Source of the DNA: Eledone cirrhosa
Taxonomy: Eukaryota
Direction of reading: 5' to 3'
Assembly: GCA_964016885.1 (NCBI GenBank)
Contig: OZ024740.1
Span: 138,756,001-138,820,000 of the forward strand
DNA: 64,000 nucleotides
This document shows, in pieces, positions 1 to 12,651 of the stretch (positions are counted from its first letter, which is position 1; each line of letters begins with the position of its first letter). Both the position numbers and the translations under genes were made by a program. Under the pieces are notes generated by a model. The model did not search any database, was not told where the DNA came from, and worked only from the letters and a program-made list of their open reading frames with translations.

Positions 1-8
1 ATATATAT

Positions 9-9
<1 letters not shown>

Positions 10-66
<57 letters not shown>
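10..66. repeat. (AG)n microsatellite
   Basis: Perfect AG dinucleotide run; one of dozens of (TA)n, (CA)n, (AG)n, (TACA)n and (AAT)n tracts in the window. Confidence 0.95.
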
Positions 67-68
<2 letters not shown>

Positions 69-674
69 AGGTAGAGATATATAGATATATGTTGGAATTT
101 CATTGGCAATTGTGTACCCTCTTTATCTGACCACAAATCACTGCTTACAAACCCACTGTTTAAAGATTAATTTGCATATATAATACACTCATAGCGTCTA
201 GTTCGTTTAATATATGACTATCATTCGCATAGAGGTGTGTTTAGTAGAAGAGGAAGCGTTATTGCTTCTAGGTTTTGCCATAACATAATAAACAAGTGTT
301 TGGAGGATAAATAAATTGACGGCGATGAAGGGAAACTTTGCAACACAGTATTTTGTATTCATGTTGAGGAATATATGATGAAAGGAAGAATTTTGGCAAG
401 GTTAGTCAACGGTATTTATTTAACATTTTCCCGTCTTTCGTTACATTTATATACACCAAGAATACACTTGGACATGGATAAGCAAAAATATAGATAAGGG
501 TGAGTTAGAAGCTTCTCACGAAGTATTCTTTGAATGATTGTAGGTATTTTATTTTTGATAAACCTCTGATCAGTCATAATAAAGTAACCCGATGAAAGGT
601 GGTTCAGCCATGACCATACCATCTTTTATATAAATATATTGTATTTAGTATTACATTTTCCAATGTGACGTTCG

Positions 675-768
<94 letters not shown>
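675..768. repeat. (CT)n microsatellite
   Basis: Near-perfect CT run. Confidence 0.95.
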
Positions 769-770
<2 letters not shown>

Positions 771-1187
771 GTGGGGTCATAAGTCGTTAGGACGTCAAAC
801 AGAATGTGTTTCGATACTTGTTCTTTTTCTCTACCCTTTATGATCAAATCCAGCTAAGGTCGACTTTGCCTTTTAACTCTTTCACAGTCAATAAAGAGTG
901 TACCGATACAGTGTTGATGCAGCCTTCCCTCACTGCCACATCCTGGATAGTTTGCAGAGTCAAAAGTGAGAAGCTCGTGAGTGTTCGTGACTGGTGTTTG
1001 AGACTACATGGGCGCCTTGACCAAAGCTAGATATATGGTACCACATCAATCACAATTGTGAGTGGTGTTGTTTTTTTTGTGTGTCTGTGTGTCTGTGTGT
1101 CTGCGTGTGATTTCAGAAAGACATAGTTGCTTTTCGGGAGGTGGATCTTTCTCATTGGTTTCATCCATGGCTAGTAATTATATACTG

Positions 1188-1193
<6 letters not shown>

Positions 1194-1245
<52 letters not shown>
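1194..1245. repeat. (AAT)n tract; 3' flank/tail of Tx1 copy A
   Basis: Perfect AAT run abutting the LINE 3' end. Confidence 0.95.
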
Positions 1246-1247
<2 letters not shown>

Positions 1248-1501
1248 TTTCTTTATTAACCACAAGGGTTTACATAAAGTAGACATTAAGGACAGTGCAG
1301 GACAATACAGGACGGTACAAATGGGCATTTCTGCGTGTAAAAAAAACAAAAAAAAACAGAGGGTGTAACAAAAAATAACAATGAAAAATTCCCCAATAGG
1401 AGGGAGACTTCGGAGGGACATTTGTGGAGAAAGCCCAGTAAAAGGCCACAGTGACCCTGACCACCAAGGCAAGTGCCCTCTCCCAGTTTTCCACCTTTAA
1501 T

Positions 1502-4170
1502 TTACAGATACGTACTCAGAGTAGGCCCATTCACTCGGGCCATTCTTGCTTCTCTCACCCATCTTTCAACAAAATGCTGGGAAGAGAGCACTTCCCTCTC
1601 TACCCTGATTTTCCTTTTCAAATGAAATTTGAAAAAGTTAATCAGGGCATCACCGAAGAGGTAAGTGCTCGTCTTCAGCCCTTTCAAACGTGTCCACCAT
1701 ACTATCTCTTTCGCCATGGCCACCAGATAAAAACTGTCTGCCGTTCCCGGCTAAAGGAAGAGGGCGGAGCAATCCTCACGGTGGACTCAGATGATAGCCG
1801 GATCCGTCCTACACGCGACAGCAGGTGTTCGACATAAACCCACAAGTCAGCAATTTTCGGACACTGGACGAGTTCGTGCAGGACGGTTTCGTCGACCTAG
1901 GCGCATCTCGGACATGCCCGGCTGACGGCACCTCCATGCCTGTAGAGTTTATCCCGAACTGGCAAGGCTCCTCGGTAGCACTGCCAGGCCAGAGATTTCT
2001 GGAAGTTGTCCATAGGTCCCGGCCCGAAAGTTCTTCCGAAGAGATTGGCTAGTTGATTTTCGTCGACGCCTAGAGTTTCCCCAAAAACGTCGTCGCTCTT
2101 CCCCTCCACTAATCCTCTATAGAACGCCGAGGTGGAGTTTCCACCGATCACATTGCCCGATTGGTCAAGGGCTGTGAGCGCCTGAAGACATTCCAGTCTC
2201 CAAGCGCTCCCTCTCGGTCTTCGCTTGACCCAGGACTGCAGCTCCGTCAAGGAGACGAGCTGGGGAAAGACGTGTCTAGCAAACGGCGACCACACCTGAT
2301 CACCGTCGAGGAAGAGGTGGAGATGTCGTAGCCTGAGCGCATGTCTGCGCATCATCAGCCACGGCATGCCCAGCCCTCCACGTAGCGGGTGTTGACAGAA
2401 GATGGACCGCCTGACCATCGGAGCGCGTCCCTTCCACGAAAAGCGAAAGAGCAAACGCTCCAGCGCAGTCAGGACAAGGTACGACGGTCAGGCGGTAGTA
2501 GATGATGGACGCGATGTACGCGTTAGCCACCTCCGCTCGACCTATCAGGGATAGCTTCCTCTCCGCCCATTTCTGGGTGAGAGAAGCCACCCTGCTCGTC
2601 ACCTCGTCCCAGTTTTTGTCCGTCTGGAGGTCCGGACCGAACCAGACCCCTAGCAATTTAACCGGTCCGTCCGTCCAGCGCCCGACGACGCTGTTGGACG
2701 GCATGGCCCTCCCTCTCCAGGTGCCGAGCTGCAGGCCCACTGACTTTTCCTGGTTGATCATTGCTCCTGTCACCGCTTCGTATTCTCTTAGTGTAGTGCC
2801 GATCGCCTCGATGTGTTTGGCGTTCGACACCACTACGGTGACATCGTCCGCATATGCTGACACGGATCTTCCGCATCCTAGTTCGCGCAGGACCCCCCCT
2901 CAATGTCTCCAGTTTGTGCAGTAATGGCTGGAGAGTCAATACGTACAAGAGGGACGAGAGGGGACATCCTTGGCGGACCGAGCGCATGATGTTGAACGGT
3001 TCCGAAAGGTCACCGTTCACTCTCACCACAGAGCAGAATTCGCTGTGCATGGCAGCGATCCAGCCTCTGAAGACGGGCCCAAAGCCAGCCACCCTCAGGA
3101 CTGCCGCTAGGTAACGATGGTCGACCCTATCGAAAGCTTTCGATTGATCTAAATTGATCAAGAACCCACCCGTGCCAGGTTCCCTAGCTACCCTCTCTAC
3201 AATGTATCGCATGAGGTGGAGGTTGTCGTGGATGGATCCGTCGGGAATGGCGCATGTATGCGCCTCGCCCAGCGGACCACCAACGACAAGCGCCAACCTC
3301 TTTGCTAGCACCTTGGCCAAAATCTTGAACTCTGTGTTTAGCAGAGTTATGGGCCTGAAATTATCTATGTTATCCCCCTTGTTAGGATCCTTTCTCAGCA
3401 GCGCCATAGCTCCTCAGCGAATTCTCCTGTTCTGTTGCCAGTTGCAGTAGACGTTCGCCAAGAGGCCTCCGAACAAGTCTAGCATCTGTACGTAAAGTTC
3501 ATAGGGGAGACCATCCGAACCAGGCGATTTACCCCTTGTGCAGCCAGTCATTGCCTTCCGTACTTCAGCGGCTGTTATCGGCTTTTCGCAACACTCCGCC
3601 TCAGTGGCCGAGAGCTGCTAAAGTCGATCCCTCGATCTAGCCCGCCGCTGCCCCCGAACAGCTGTGCGAAGTGTCGCTGAAAAGCTTCACACATTTTCCC
3701 GGGATCGAGTAGCATGCGCCCGTCGTGGTCCACCAAAGACCGGATCGTGGCTTTGTTGCCACGACGCGCCTCCGCCACTCGGGCCCATTGAACGGCTTTC
3801 GTCCCCTCGTGTCTGAGAGCAGGCACCCTAGCTCTGACAACGCAGCCTTCGTGCTTTGCATTGAAGAATTGGTCAAGGACCAATTTCGCCGCAAGTACGT
3901 CGGTCGCGATGCCTTTGCTAAACGCCTCGTCTAATTTTCTAACTAGTTCTCCCTCTGCTCTATTTTTCTCTATTGCGTTTAGCCGGGTCCTCGTCTATGA
4001 AGCCGATCTAACTCAAGCACACAGATCACGAATTTGTGGTCCGTGTTGCTGAATATCTTGAATTGTGGACAGCCTATGCTAGACCTATCTATTTCCCTAC
4101 AAAATACTCTATCTAGATATGATCTGGATGACCCTATGCGATTTATGCTGCATATTCTGAGTGAGGTCAT
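1502..4170 (-). pseudogene. ORF2 (APE endonuclease remnant + reverse transcriptase + C-terminal zinc finger), disrupted
   Basis: Fragments carry NFRPITLLNTEFKILAK, LDQSKAFDRVDH, RQGCPLS, AYADD, CPRC motifs in several frames; most of the EN domain is deleted. Confidence 0.9.
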
Positions 4171-4205
4171 GTTGAAAAGGAGTGGAAAAAGATGGGAAAG
4201 ACCAC

Positions 4206-5813
4206 TTACCTCACTTCTCGTCGAGGAGGGATGGTTTCTCCACCCTTCTCACTGCTTGTGACCTCCTTTTGTTTTAGTGTCGTGTACGTTTTCTGTGTGA
4301 TACGAGTGATTTGTATGTGTGGAGGTGGTGTTAATTTTGGGGGTATTGTGTAGTCTTTTTCTGTGATGCTGGTGTTGTGTTAGATGTAGTGTAATAATTG
4401 GTTGTTGTTCAAATTTAATGTTGTGTAATGTGTATCGTTTTGGTTGTTTTGTTTTGTTTGCGTTTGTTGTGGGTTTGTTTCTGTTTCACTTTTTGGTGAT
4501 TTTTGTGGTGTTAGTGATGGTGGTTGTGGGGTTAATGATGGTGATGGTGTTGGTGTTTGTGGTGATGGGGTTGGTGATGCTGGTGTGGGTGGTAGCACAG
4601 CTGTGTTAACTTTTTTGTTTGTTTGCTTATTTGTTTCCCCCTGCATTTTGTTTTTGGAGGGCGAAGGAAGAGGATTTTTTTCTTTTTGGGGTTCTTTTTT
4701 TCTCTTTCTTTTTTCCTGATACCATTTCCCACTCCTCCTCGTCACAATCTGTCTCCAGTTGGGATAGTTCGGGAGTGGAAAATCCTCCACAGGCGTTTGT
4801 TTTGGTTGTGGCGTGGTGGATGGTGCAGGCGCTGGTGCTAATTCTGGCGCGATGGGTGGTGGTGTTGGTTTTGCTACTGCTGCTGGGGTTGTTGCTGCTA
4901 CAGTTGCTTCTGTTGTTGCTGCTACAGTTGTTGCTGACATTTCTGCTACTGGTGGTGTTGATGGTTGAATCTCTGGGGTGGGTAAGAGAAGTGGCCTCAA
5001 CTTTTTAGCTTGAGAGCAGAAAGCCTTTAGGTGGGTTCCATCGCCACAAACGACACACCTATGCCTTCTACCCTCAACGATTACGGTGAGGTGGCTGCCG
5101 TCATTGAGGTTTATCACCTCTGGAATTTCCTCAATGTTTTTTTGGTCCGCTTGGATCAGGAGCTCCATCCCAGATCCGACCAGTTCTCCTGCTTTTCTTT
5201 TGTTACCTCAATTATTTTCGTGTTGGCTTCGATGCCGGCGAGGACGGCAGCCATTAGCCAGGGAATTTCGATGGCTGGCGGAGCGTGGGTCACCCTGATC
5301 TTCATGAGTCTCTGACCACAATAGCTTGGGACGAGTGTGAACTCGTCACTTCTTAATGGGGCCATGGAGTGCTCTCTGGCTTCCTGTGGGGTTCCAAAGA
5401 ACGCGTCCACGATTCCATATTTCTGCCCACGTTGATGTGGGTTTTTTTCGCCCACACATGTCCCAAAGATCTTTGTATCTGGGACTCGGATGCCCGTTCC
5501 ACTCGGCGTGATTTTGTGCTTATCGTCCCATATGACACGGTGCATAGGCGCCGATGCTCCATTTTATTAGATGGAGGGGGGGGCTGACCCTGTGCCCATC
5601 TTTTTTTACCATTCTCTTGGCTTCATTTAATTCATCCTGGCTTACCTCGATTATTTCGCTTTTCTTGGCTGCTTTGGCAAATGACACATTTCGTTTTGCG
5701 TTGGTGTTGACGTTGTTGTTATTGTTAGTTTTGTTATTGTTATTTTTAGTTTCAGTTGTGGTGGTGGTGTCAATGGTGTTCGGCGTGGAAAAGTTGATTC
5801 TGGGTGAATCCAT
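4206..5813 (-). pseudogene. ORF1 (nucleic-acid-binding protein with one CX2CX4HX4C knuckle), frameshifted
   Basis: VEGRRHRCVVCGDGTHLKAFC; TISTKSRRVERASESQIQ homologous to ORF1 at 55890; ends GTG AGG TAA at 4206. Confidence 0.85.
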
Positions 5814-6282
5814 TTCGATGTCACGAGATAATAATTTTTTTTTTTTTGCTGTTGTTGGTATGGTGGTGGTGGGGCTGGCGTCTTTACTACCTGCAGTTAT
5901 TGGTAATGGCGGAAATGAATGTCTGCATGTGACAAATTTAAATTATTGCCACTGCTTATATTTTTAGTGTTGGCAACCGCAGTAATATTTACAATGGGGG
6001 TATTGGTGTGAGGTGTTAGTTTGTGAGGAAGGCTGTCAGCTTTGTGTGGCTGAGTGCCGTCTATGTTTTTTTTTTTTCAAAGAAAGTTTTTGTTTGATAA
6101 TTATAAAAGTTTAAATTTTGGGCTCAAAGCCCCAAATTTTTTAGTGTCCTTTTCAGAAAGCAATATATGTGAACTTATAAACACTTAACAACAAACATTT
6201 TCCATAACTGGCAATTTGAAACAACTGAAAACAACAAACCTTTGCGGAGCTCACGATAATACGATTTCCTACGTAGGTCGCC

Positions 6283-6317
<35 letters not shown>

Positions 6318-6319
<2 letters not shown>

Positions 6320-7178
6320 CAAGGAGAAAGAGCAGCCTTCATGAAAAATCCCTTCATAGTACCTTCTTTGAGAAAACTGAATTCAGAGATCCACAGACAT
6401 GGAACTGGTTGAAAAGAGAAGACCTCAAAAAGGCTACAGAAGGAATGCTAATGGCTGCGCAAAAGCAGGCCCTCAAAACGAAGTGGTTGAAACACCATAT
6501 TTACAAGGGGGAGGCTAGCCCACTGTGCAGGATCTGTGGAGAGAGAGAGAGGAGACTGTGGCTCACATTGTATCCGAGTGTAAACACCTAGCCCAGACTC
6601 ACTATAAAGGCTGGAGACATGATGTGATGGGCAGGGTTATCCACTGGCACCTATGCAAAGTAAACAATTTACCACATTCTGAGAAGTGGTATGAGCATAA
6701 GCCAGAGTCGGTGATAGAAAACGATCAGGTGAAGGTGCTGTGGGATTTTAGGATACAGACGGACAAGAAACTGGAACACAATAGACCTGATCTGGTGGTT
6801 GTGGACAAAGAAAAAAGATCGTGTCTGATTGTGGGTGTGGCCTGCCCATTCGACACGAGAGTGCAAGAGAAGGAGAGGGAGAAAATTAACCGATACCAGG
6901 ACCTAAAGGTGGGAGGTGAAAAGGATTTGGAACTGCCATGAAGTCAAAGTGATCCCGATTGTCATAGGCGCACTGGGGACTATCTCAAAAAGTTTCCAGG
7001 GATGGTTAAAGAAAATCGGCCCCTTCACGCTTTTTGGAACGCTTCAAAAGGCATGCTTGCTGGGAACAGCAAGAACCCTCCGATACGTCCTGAATATCTG
7101 AGGCTGCAGGTAGTGGCTTGATATTCTTTTCAACAAACTTTCCAGTTAACTAACATCAATGACTGAAACTCAAAGAAC
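6318..7178 (+). mobile_element. R4/Dong-like non-LTR retrotransposon, 5'-truncated 3' fragment (family 1)
   Basis: [15 protein letters not shown] zinc finger, [12 protein letters not shown] restriction-like endonuclease; near-identical to 11305-12150; flanked by (AAT)n. Confidence 0.9.
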
Positions 7179-7218
7179 AATAATAATAATGATGATGATG
7201 ATGATCATCATCATCATC

Positions 7219-7260
<42 letters not shown>

Positions 7261-7265
<5 letters not shown>

Positions 7266-8625
7266 GGAAAGGATAAGGAAGGAATGTTACCGCAGAGTAA
7301 GAGCAATCTTAAGAACGGAATTGAATGCATTGAATAGGATCGATGCCATAAACACGCTTGCCATACCAGTAGTAACCTACAGTTACAATGTCATCAACTG
7401 GTCAAGCACAGAGATCCGTAGGCTCGATACAAAAATTAGAAAATTCTTAACCATGCACAGAATGCATCACCCTAAGGCAGATATAGATAGAATATATCTC
7501 CCTAGGAAAGAAGGAGGACGTGGGTTAATCCAGTTAGACATTGCGTTGAAAACTGCGACAATTGGATTATCTACATATCTAAGGGAATCACATGATTGGA
7601 TGATCAAACTCGTTTTGAAACACGAAAGCATCAAAAGATCATATTCCATTACAAAAGATGCACAAAGATACAGTAATGGACTACAAATTTCAGAAGTCCC
7701 ATTTACTGCTGAAATGGAAAACACAGAAAAAGCAAAGCAGGTAAAAGTAACTGCAAAGAAAGAACTGCTACAGAAACTGGCTAAGAAAGGGCAAGAAAAG
7801 CCTCTGTATGGAAAATACCCAGAACGAGCTAACAATCCTGATGTTGACAAAACTTTAACCCATCAGTGGTTGGCATCCTCTGGACTGAAATTGGAGACTA
7901 AAGGACTGATTATATCAGCACAAGATCAGTGTCTGCCAACAAAAAATTACCAAGCCAACATATAATTTCAATGTGCAGCTCCAACCGAATACCTAAACAG
8001 GCATGACAGAGCTGCACAATACATACATTGGATAATGTGTTAGCATTTTGACCTGCCCCATCAAAAGAATTGGTGGGAGCATCAACCACCTCCCATACTT
8101 GAAAAAGATCACATCTCAATCTTGTGGAACTTTAGCATCCAAACAGACCGAAAAATAGATGCAAATAGACCTGATATAATATTGAAGGACTTTAAAAAGA
8201 GGGTTTGCCTGCTAATTGATATGTCCGTTCAAATAGACAAGAATGTATCTATAAAAACATTTTAAAAATTGAGCAAGTATAAGGACCTGGAGATAGAAAT
8301 TGGAAAAATGTGGAAATTGAGAACTAAAACAATACCAGTGGTTGTGGGCGCTCTGGGAATGATACCTAATGGGTCTAATGATTACTTATCGCAAATCCCA
8401 GGAAACCCGCGTATAGGAGAAATACAAAAGATAGTACTAATGGGAACTGCCCATATACTAAGGAAGATTCTGTCAATATAAGTACATCACAAGTCTAAAC
8501 ACTAAAGATGCATGTGTGAGTATGTATGTTCTTTCTTGAACATGGCGGACCTTGGTGTCTCTTGAGGTCACTGGTTGTGACTTGGTGATAACTCGTATGA
8601 ACATAAAGCAAGATAAATGCAACTG
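7261..8625 (+). mobile_element. R4/Dong-like retrotransposon 3' fragment (family 2), decayed
   Basis: IRKECYRRVRAIL..RIYLPRKEGGRGL thumb region, RHD, NRPDIILKD, IPVVVGALG C-terminus; (AAT)n on both sides. Confidence 0.85.
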
Positions 8626-8640
8626 TAATAATAATAATAA

Positions 8641-11600
8641 TCCTCGATAAGAGTGTTTAAATATCGAACCTAAACAGTTCGAATAACGGTGAAATGGAGA
8701 CTAGAACGTCATGTGACAGACTCTCACCCAACAGGTGCTCCCTGGCTCAGCAGCAGGAACCTGACTGTCAACCAAATACTGCTGATGTTGGAGGAAGAAG
8801 AAGAAGGAAAGGGGCCAGAACCAACTGGACGAAAGAATTGAATAGAACTGTTATGCAATGTTACCTGAAAAGTAACTCCAAGGAGAGGGGCTATAGGAGA
8901 CGGATGCATAACATCTGGAACGAGATTGGTCTATTTAAATTAGATGAACAAAAATTGGCCGAGCAGGCTCGGGTAATAAGAACTAATGGGTGGGTAAGCG
9001 AGCTGGAACTGGAGGAACTGAGCAGAGAGAATAGCTTGGAGATGGAGGGTGTAGTATGCCAGACAAACGAGTCAGTGGGAAATGAAGGTGAAGAGGTCGA
9101 GAGAACGGAGGAACCACCCGAAGCAGACAATGATCTGAATACTGAGATAAATAATACCTGGAACAGAGATACGGCCACTGAGGAGATGAATGCTGACGGG
9201 CTAGGACAAGATTCGGTTGACATCCTAAATTTAGTGGTAGATGAATTGAACAATGATAGTGGAAGACCTATGAACCTAAGATTTGTAGACAGGAAAAAGT
9301 TAAAAGAAACAACAGCTAAGGTAAACAAAGTCATCCCATACCTTTAGGCGAGGAGCCTTCACCAGTGCAACAATATCCTCAAAGCAACAGCAAATACGGT
9401 GAGGAAACTACTTGGTATAAAAGCGAGAGGAAACAACAGACAAGAAAGAGCAGAGCCTTGGTGGAAGAAACGACTGAGTGGTCAAATCAAGGAAATGAGA
9501 AATGACATAGGAAAGCTTGAGTCACTACTGAATGGGACACTAAAAAACATAGGCACTAAAAATAGACTGGAAATAAAGTACAAAACTAGGAGGAAAAAGC
9601 TAAATATTATCATAGAGGAACTGAAGCAACGCATTGTAGCAAAGAGTGCAAAAATCAGGTGATACGAGAACAGAGTCAGTCAGTATAAACAGAACCGCAT
9701 GTTCGACAACAACCAGAAGATGCTGTTTGGACAGCTTGAGGGGAAAGAAAGAGGCAACGACTTGATCCCTGGGGCGGAACAAACTAAAACATTCTGGAGA
9801 GGAATATGGGAGCAGGATGTTAGACATAATGACCAGGCAGGGTGGATTGAGACAGTACAGAGGGAGATCGGTGAGCAGGCACACCAACAAACTGATTTGA
9901 GTATCACAGTTGAAACTCTTAAGGGGCAGGCCAAAAAACTAACCAACTGGAAATCACCAGGCCCAGATGGTGTGCAGGGGTATTGGATTAAAAATTTAAC
10001 ATCCCTCCACCCGAAGCTGACGGCCATGTTCAATGACTGCTTGGTGTCGGGTGAGGTGCCAGAGTGGTTGACAAAAGGTACCACAGTTCTGATAAGGAAA
10101 GACCGAATCAAGGGTAATGATGTTACCAACTATAGACCTATCACATGTCTGTCCGTAATGTGGAAACTGTTGACAAGCATTGTGTCTGAGGAAATCTACC
10201 ATCACCTCCACACAAACAACTTGTTACCGGACGAACAGAAAGGATGCTGAAAGAAGTCACGTGGTACAAAGGACCAGTTACTTATTGATAAGATGGTAAT
10301 GGGGAATTGCAGGAGGAGACACACTGATCTTGCCATGGGATGGATAGACTACAGAAAGGCATTTGACATGGTGCCTCATTCTTGGATCACCAAAAGCCTG
10401 GAGATCTTCAAGGTGGCAGATAACATCAGACAGTTGATGGGCATGAGTATGAGGTCCTGGGAGACAGAGTTGACATCAACTGGAGAATCCTTGGGAAGCG
10501 TGAAGATCAAGAGAGGTATCTTCCAGGGAGATAGCCTGTCCCCTTTATTGTTTGTCCTTGCCCTGATGCCCTTGACCATTATGCTGCGAAAAGTGAGAGC
10601 AGGATACAAGTTGGGAAAGGGAGAGCTTACCATCAATCACCTCCTCTTCATGGACGATCTTAAGCTCTTCGGGAAGAGTGAGAAGGAGTTGGATGTGCTT
10701 GTTGGCACTGTCCGTATTTTCAGCAGTGATATATGTATGCAGTTTGGTATTAGTAAATGTGGAGTCATTGTGATGAGGAGGGGTAGGTTGAGCAGAAGTA
10801 ACGGAATCCAGATACCAACAGGTGAGATGATAAAGGAAATTGATTCTGAGGAAGGATACAAGTATTTGGGCGTTCTGGAGGCTGATGGCATAAAGAACAA
10901 AAAAATGAAGGAATTGTTAAGAACTGAATACATTCGGAGAGTAAGGAGCGTATTGAAGTCACATCTGAACAGCAGAAATGCCATAAGCGCAGTAAATTCC
11001 CGAGCTGTGTCTATTATTAGGTACAGTGCGGGAATTCTGAGATGGAATGTTGCTGAACAAAAAGAAATGGATAGGAAGACTAGGAAGCTATTGACTATCT
11101 ACAACATGTTCCACAAGAGGAGTGATGTCGATAGACTCTACCTAAGGAGATCTGAGGGTGGAAGAGGTCTTATCAGCATAGAGGACTGTGTTCAGATGGA
11201 GAAAAACAACCTATACAAATACGTGACTGATAGTAAGGAGCCAATGCTCAGAACTGTACTGAAGGAGGGGAAAGTAGGCCAGGGGATGTCCAAGGAGGAA
11301 ATAACATCAAGGAGAAAGAGCAGCCTTCAGGGAAAATTCCTTCATAGTACCTTCTTTGAGAAAACTGAATTTAGAGATCCACAGACATGGAACTGGTTGA
11401 GAAGAGGAGACCTCAAAAAGGCTACAGAAGGAATGCTAATGGCTGCGCAGGAGCAGGCCCTCAAAATGAAGTGGTTGAAGCACCATATTTACAAGGAGGA
11501 GGCTAGCCCACTGTGCAGGATCTGTGGAGAGAGAGAGGAGACTGTGGCTCACATTGTATCCGAGTGTAAACACCTAGCCCAGACCCACTATAAGGGCTGG

Positions 11601-12150
11601 AGACATGATGTGATGGGCAGGGTGATCCACTGGCACCTGTGCAAAGTAAACAATTTACCACATTCTGAGAAATGGTATGAGCATAGGCCAGAGGCGGTGA
11701 TGGAAAACGATCAGGTGAAGGTGCTATGGGATTTTAGGATACAGACGGACAAGAAACTGGAACACAATAGACCTGATCTGGTGGTTGTGGACAAAGAAAA
11801 AAGATCGTGTCTGATTGTGGATGTGGCCTGCCCATTCGACACGAGAGTGCAAGAGAAGGAGAGGGAGAAAATTAACCGATACCAGGACCTAAAGGTGGGA
11901 GGTGAAAAGGATTTGGAACTGCCATGAAGTCAAAGTGATCCCGATTGTCATAGGCGCACTGGGGACTATCTCCAAAAGTTTCCAGGGATGGTTAAAGAAA
12001 ATCGGCCCCTTCACGCTTTTTGGAACGCTTCAAAAGGCATGCTTGCTGGGAACAGCAAGAACCCTCCGATACGTCCGATAGGTAGTGGCTTGATATTCAT
12101 TCCAACGGACTTTCCAGTTAACCAACATCAATGACTGAGATTCAAGGAAT
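8641..12150 (+). mobile_element. R4/Dong-like RT+RLE retrotransposon (family 1), whole ORF region, 5' UTR truncated
   Basis: Single long ORF broken by stops at 9345, 9660, 10248 and a +1 frameshift near 11897; [45 protein letters not shown] motifs; AAT/AAC tracts on both sides. Confidence 0.92.
8694..12082 (+). pseudogene. R4-clade polyprotein (RT + restriction-like endonuclease), disrupted
   Basis: ORF-track pieces 8694-9347, 9399-9662, 9699-10250, 10293-11927 are collinear with the 54730-51363 copy; start ATG of that copy reads ATA here (8661). Confidence 0.9.
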
Positions 12151-12186
12151 AACAACAACAATAATAATAATAATAATAATAATAAT

Positions 12187-12651
12187 GCTTTCTTAATTGG
12201 CCACAAGGGCTAACATGAAGAAAAACATTACAGACGGCACAGAACGGTACAGGACGATACAAATTGGGTTTTGACCGTGTAAAAAAGGTTATACAAGAAG
12301 ATAGAAATATCAAAAAAATTCAAACAACAAAAATTCCCCAATAGGGGGGAAACTTCCGTGGGTTACTCGTGGCGAAAACCACGGCCACCCTGACCACCAG
12401 GGTAGGTGTCCTCTCTCAATTTTCCACTTCTTAGTCTACAGGCGCATATTCAGAGCGGGCGCGTTCACTCGGACCAGACTCGCAACTTTCACCCACCTTT
12501 CAACAAACTTATTTGAAGACAGCACTTGTCTCTCCACCCTGATTTTCCTTTTCAAGTGAAATTTGAAAAAGTTAATCAGGGATTCGCCGAAGAGGAAAGT
12601 GTCCGTCTTCAATCCTTTCAACCTTGTCCACCATACAATCTCTTTCGCCAT
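12187..12651 (-). mobile_element. Tx1-clade 3' fragment, copy D (another subfamily)
   Basis: MAKEIVWWTRLKGL..FKFHLKRKIRVER C-terminus plus 3' UTR; AAT tracts on both sides. Confidence 0.88.

Larger units (their letters stand above)
1246..6281 (-). mobile_element. Tx1/L1-clade non-LTR retrotransposon, copy A (both ends present, internally deleted, frameshifted)
   Basis: 5' UTR, ORF1 with CCHC knuckle, RT ORF2 and 3' UTR; (AAT)n at both ends (1194-1245, 6283-6317); protein fragments align with intact copy B. Confidence 0.9.

Noticed and set aside
1141-1837. Short ORFs mirrored at 58243-58968
   Set aside because: Antisense or UTR frames of the shared Tx1 3' end, not conserved genes
7159-7260. 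N-terminal poly-M/poly-I hydrophobic extension of the 268-aa ORF
   Set aside because: It is the (ATG/ATC/ATA)n target tract read in frame with a truncated R4 fragment
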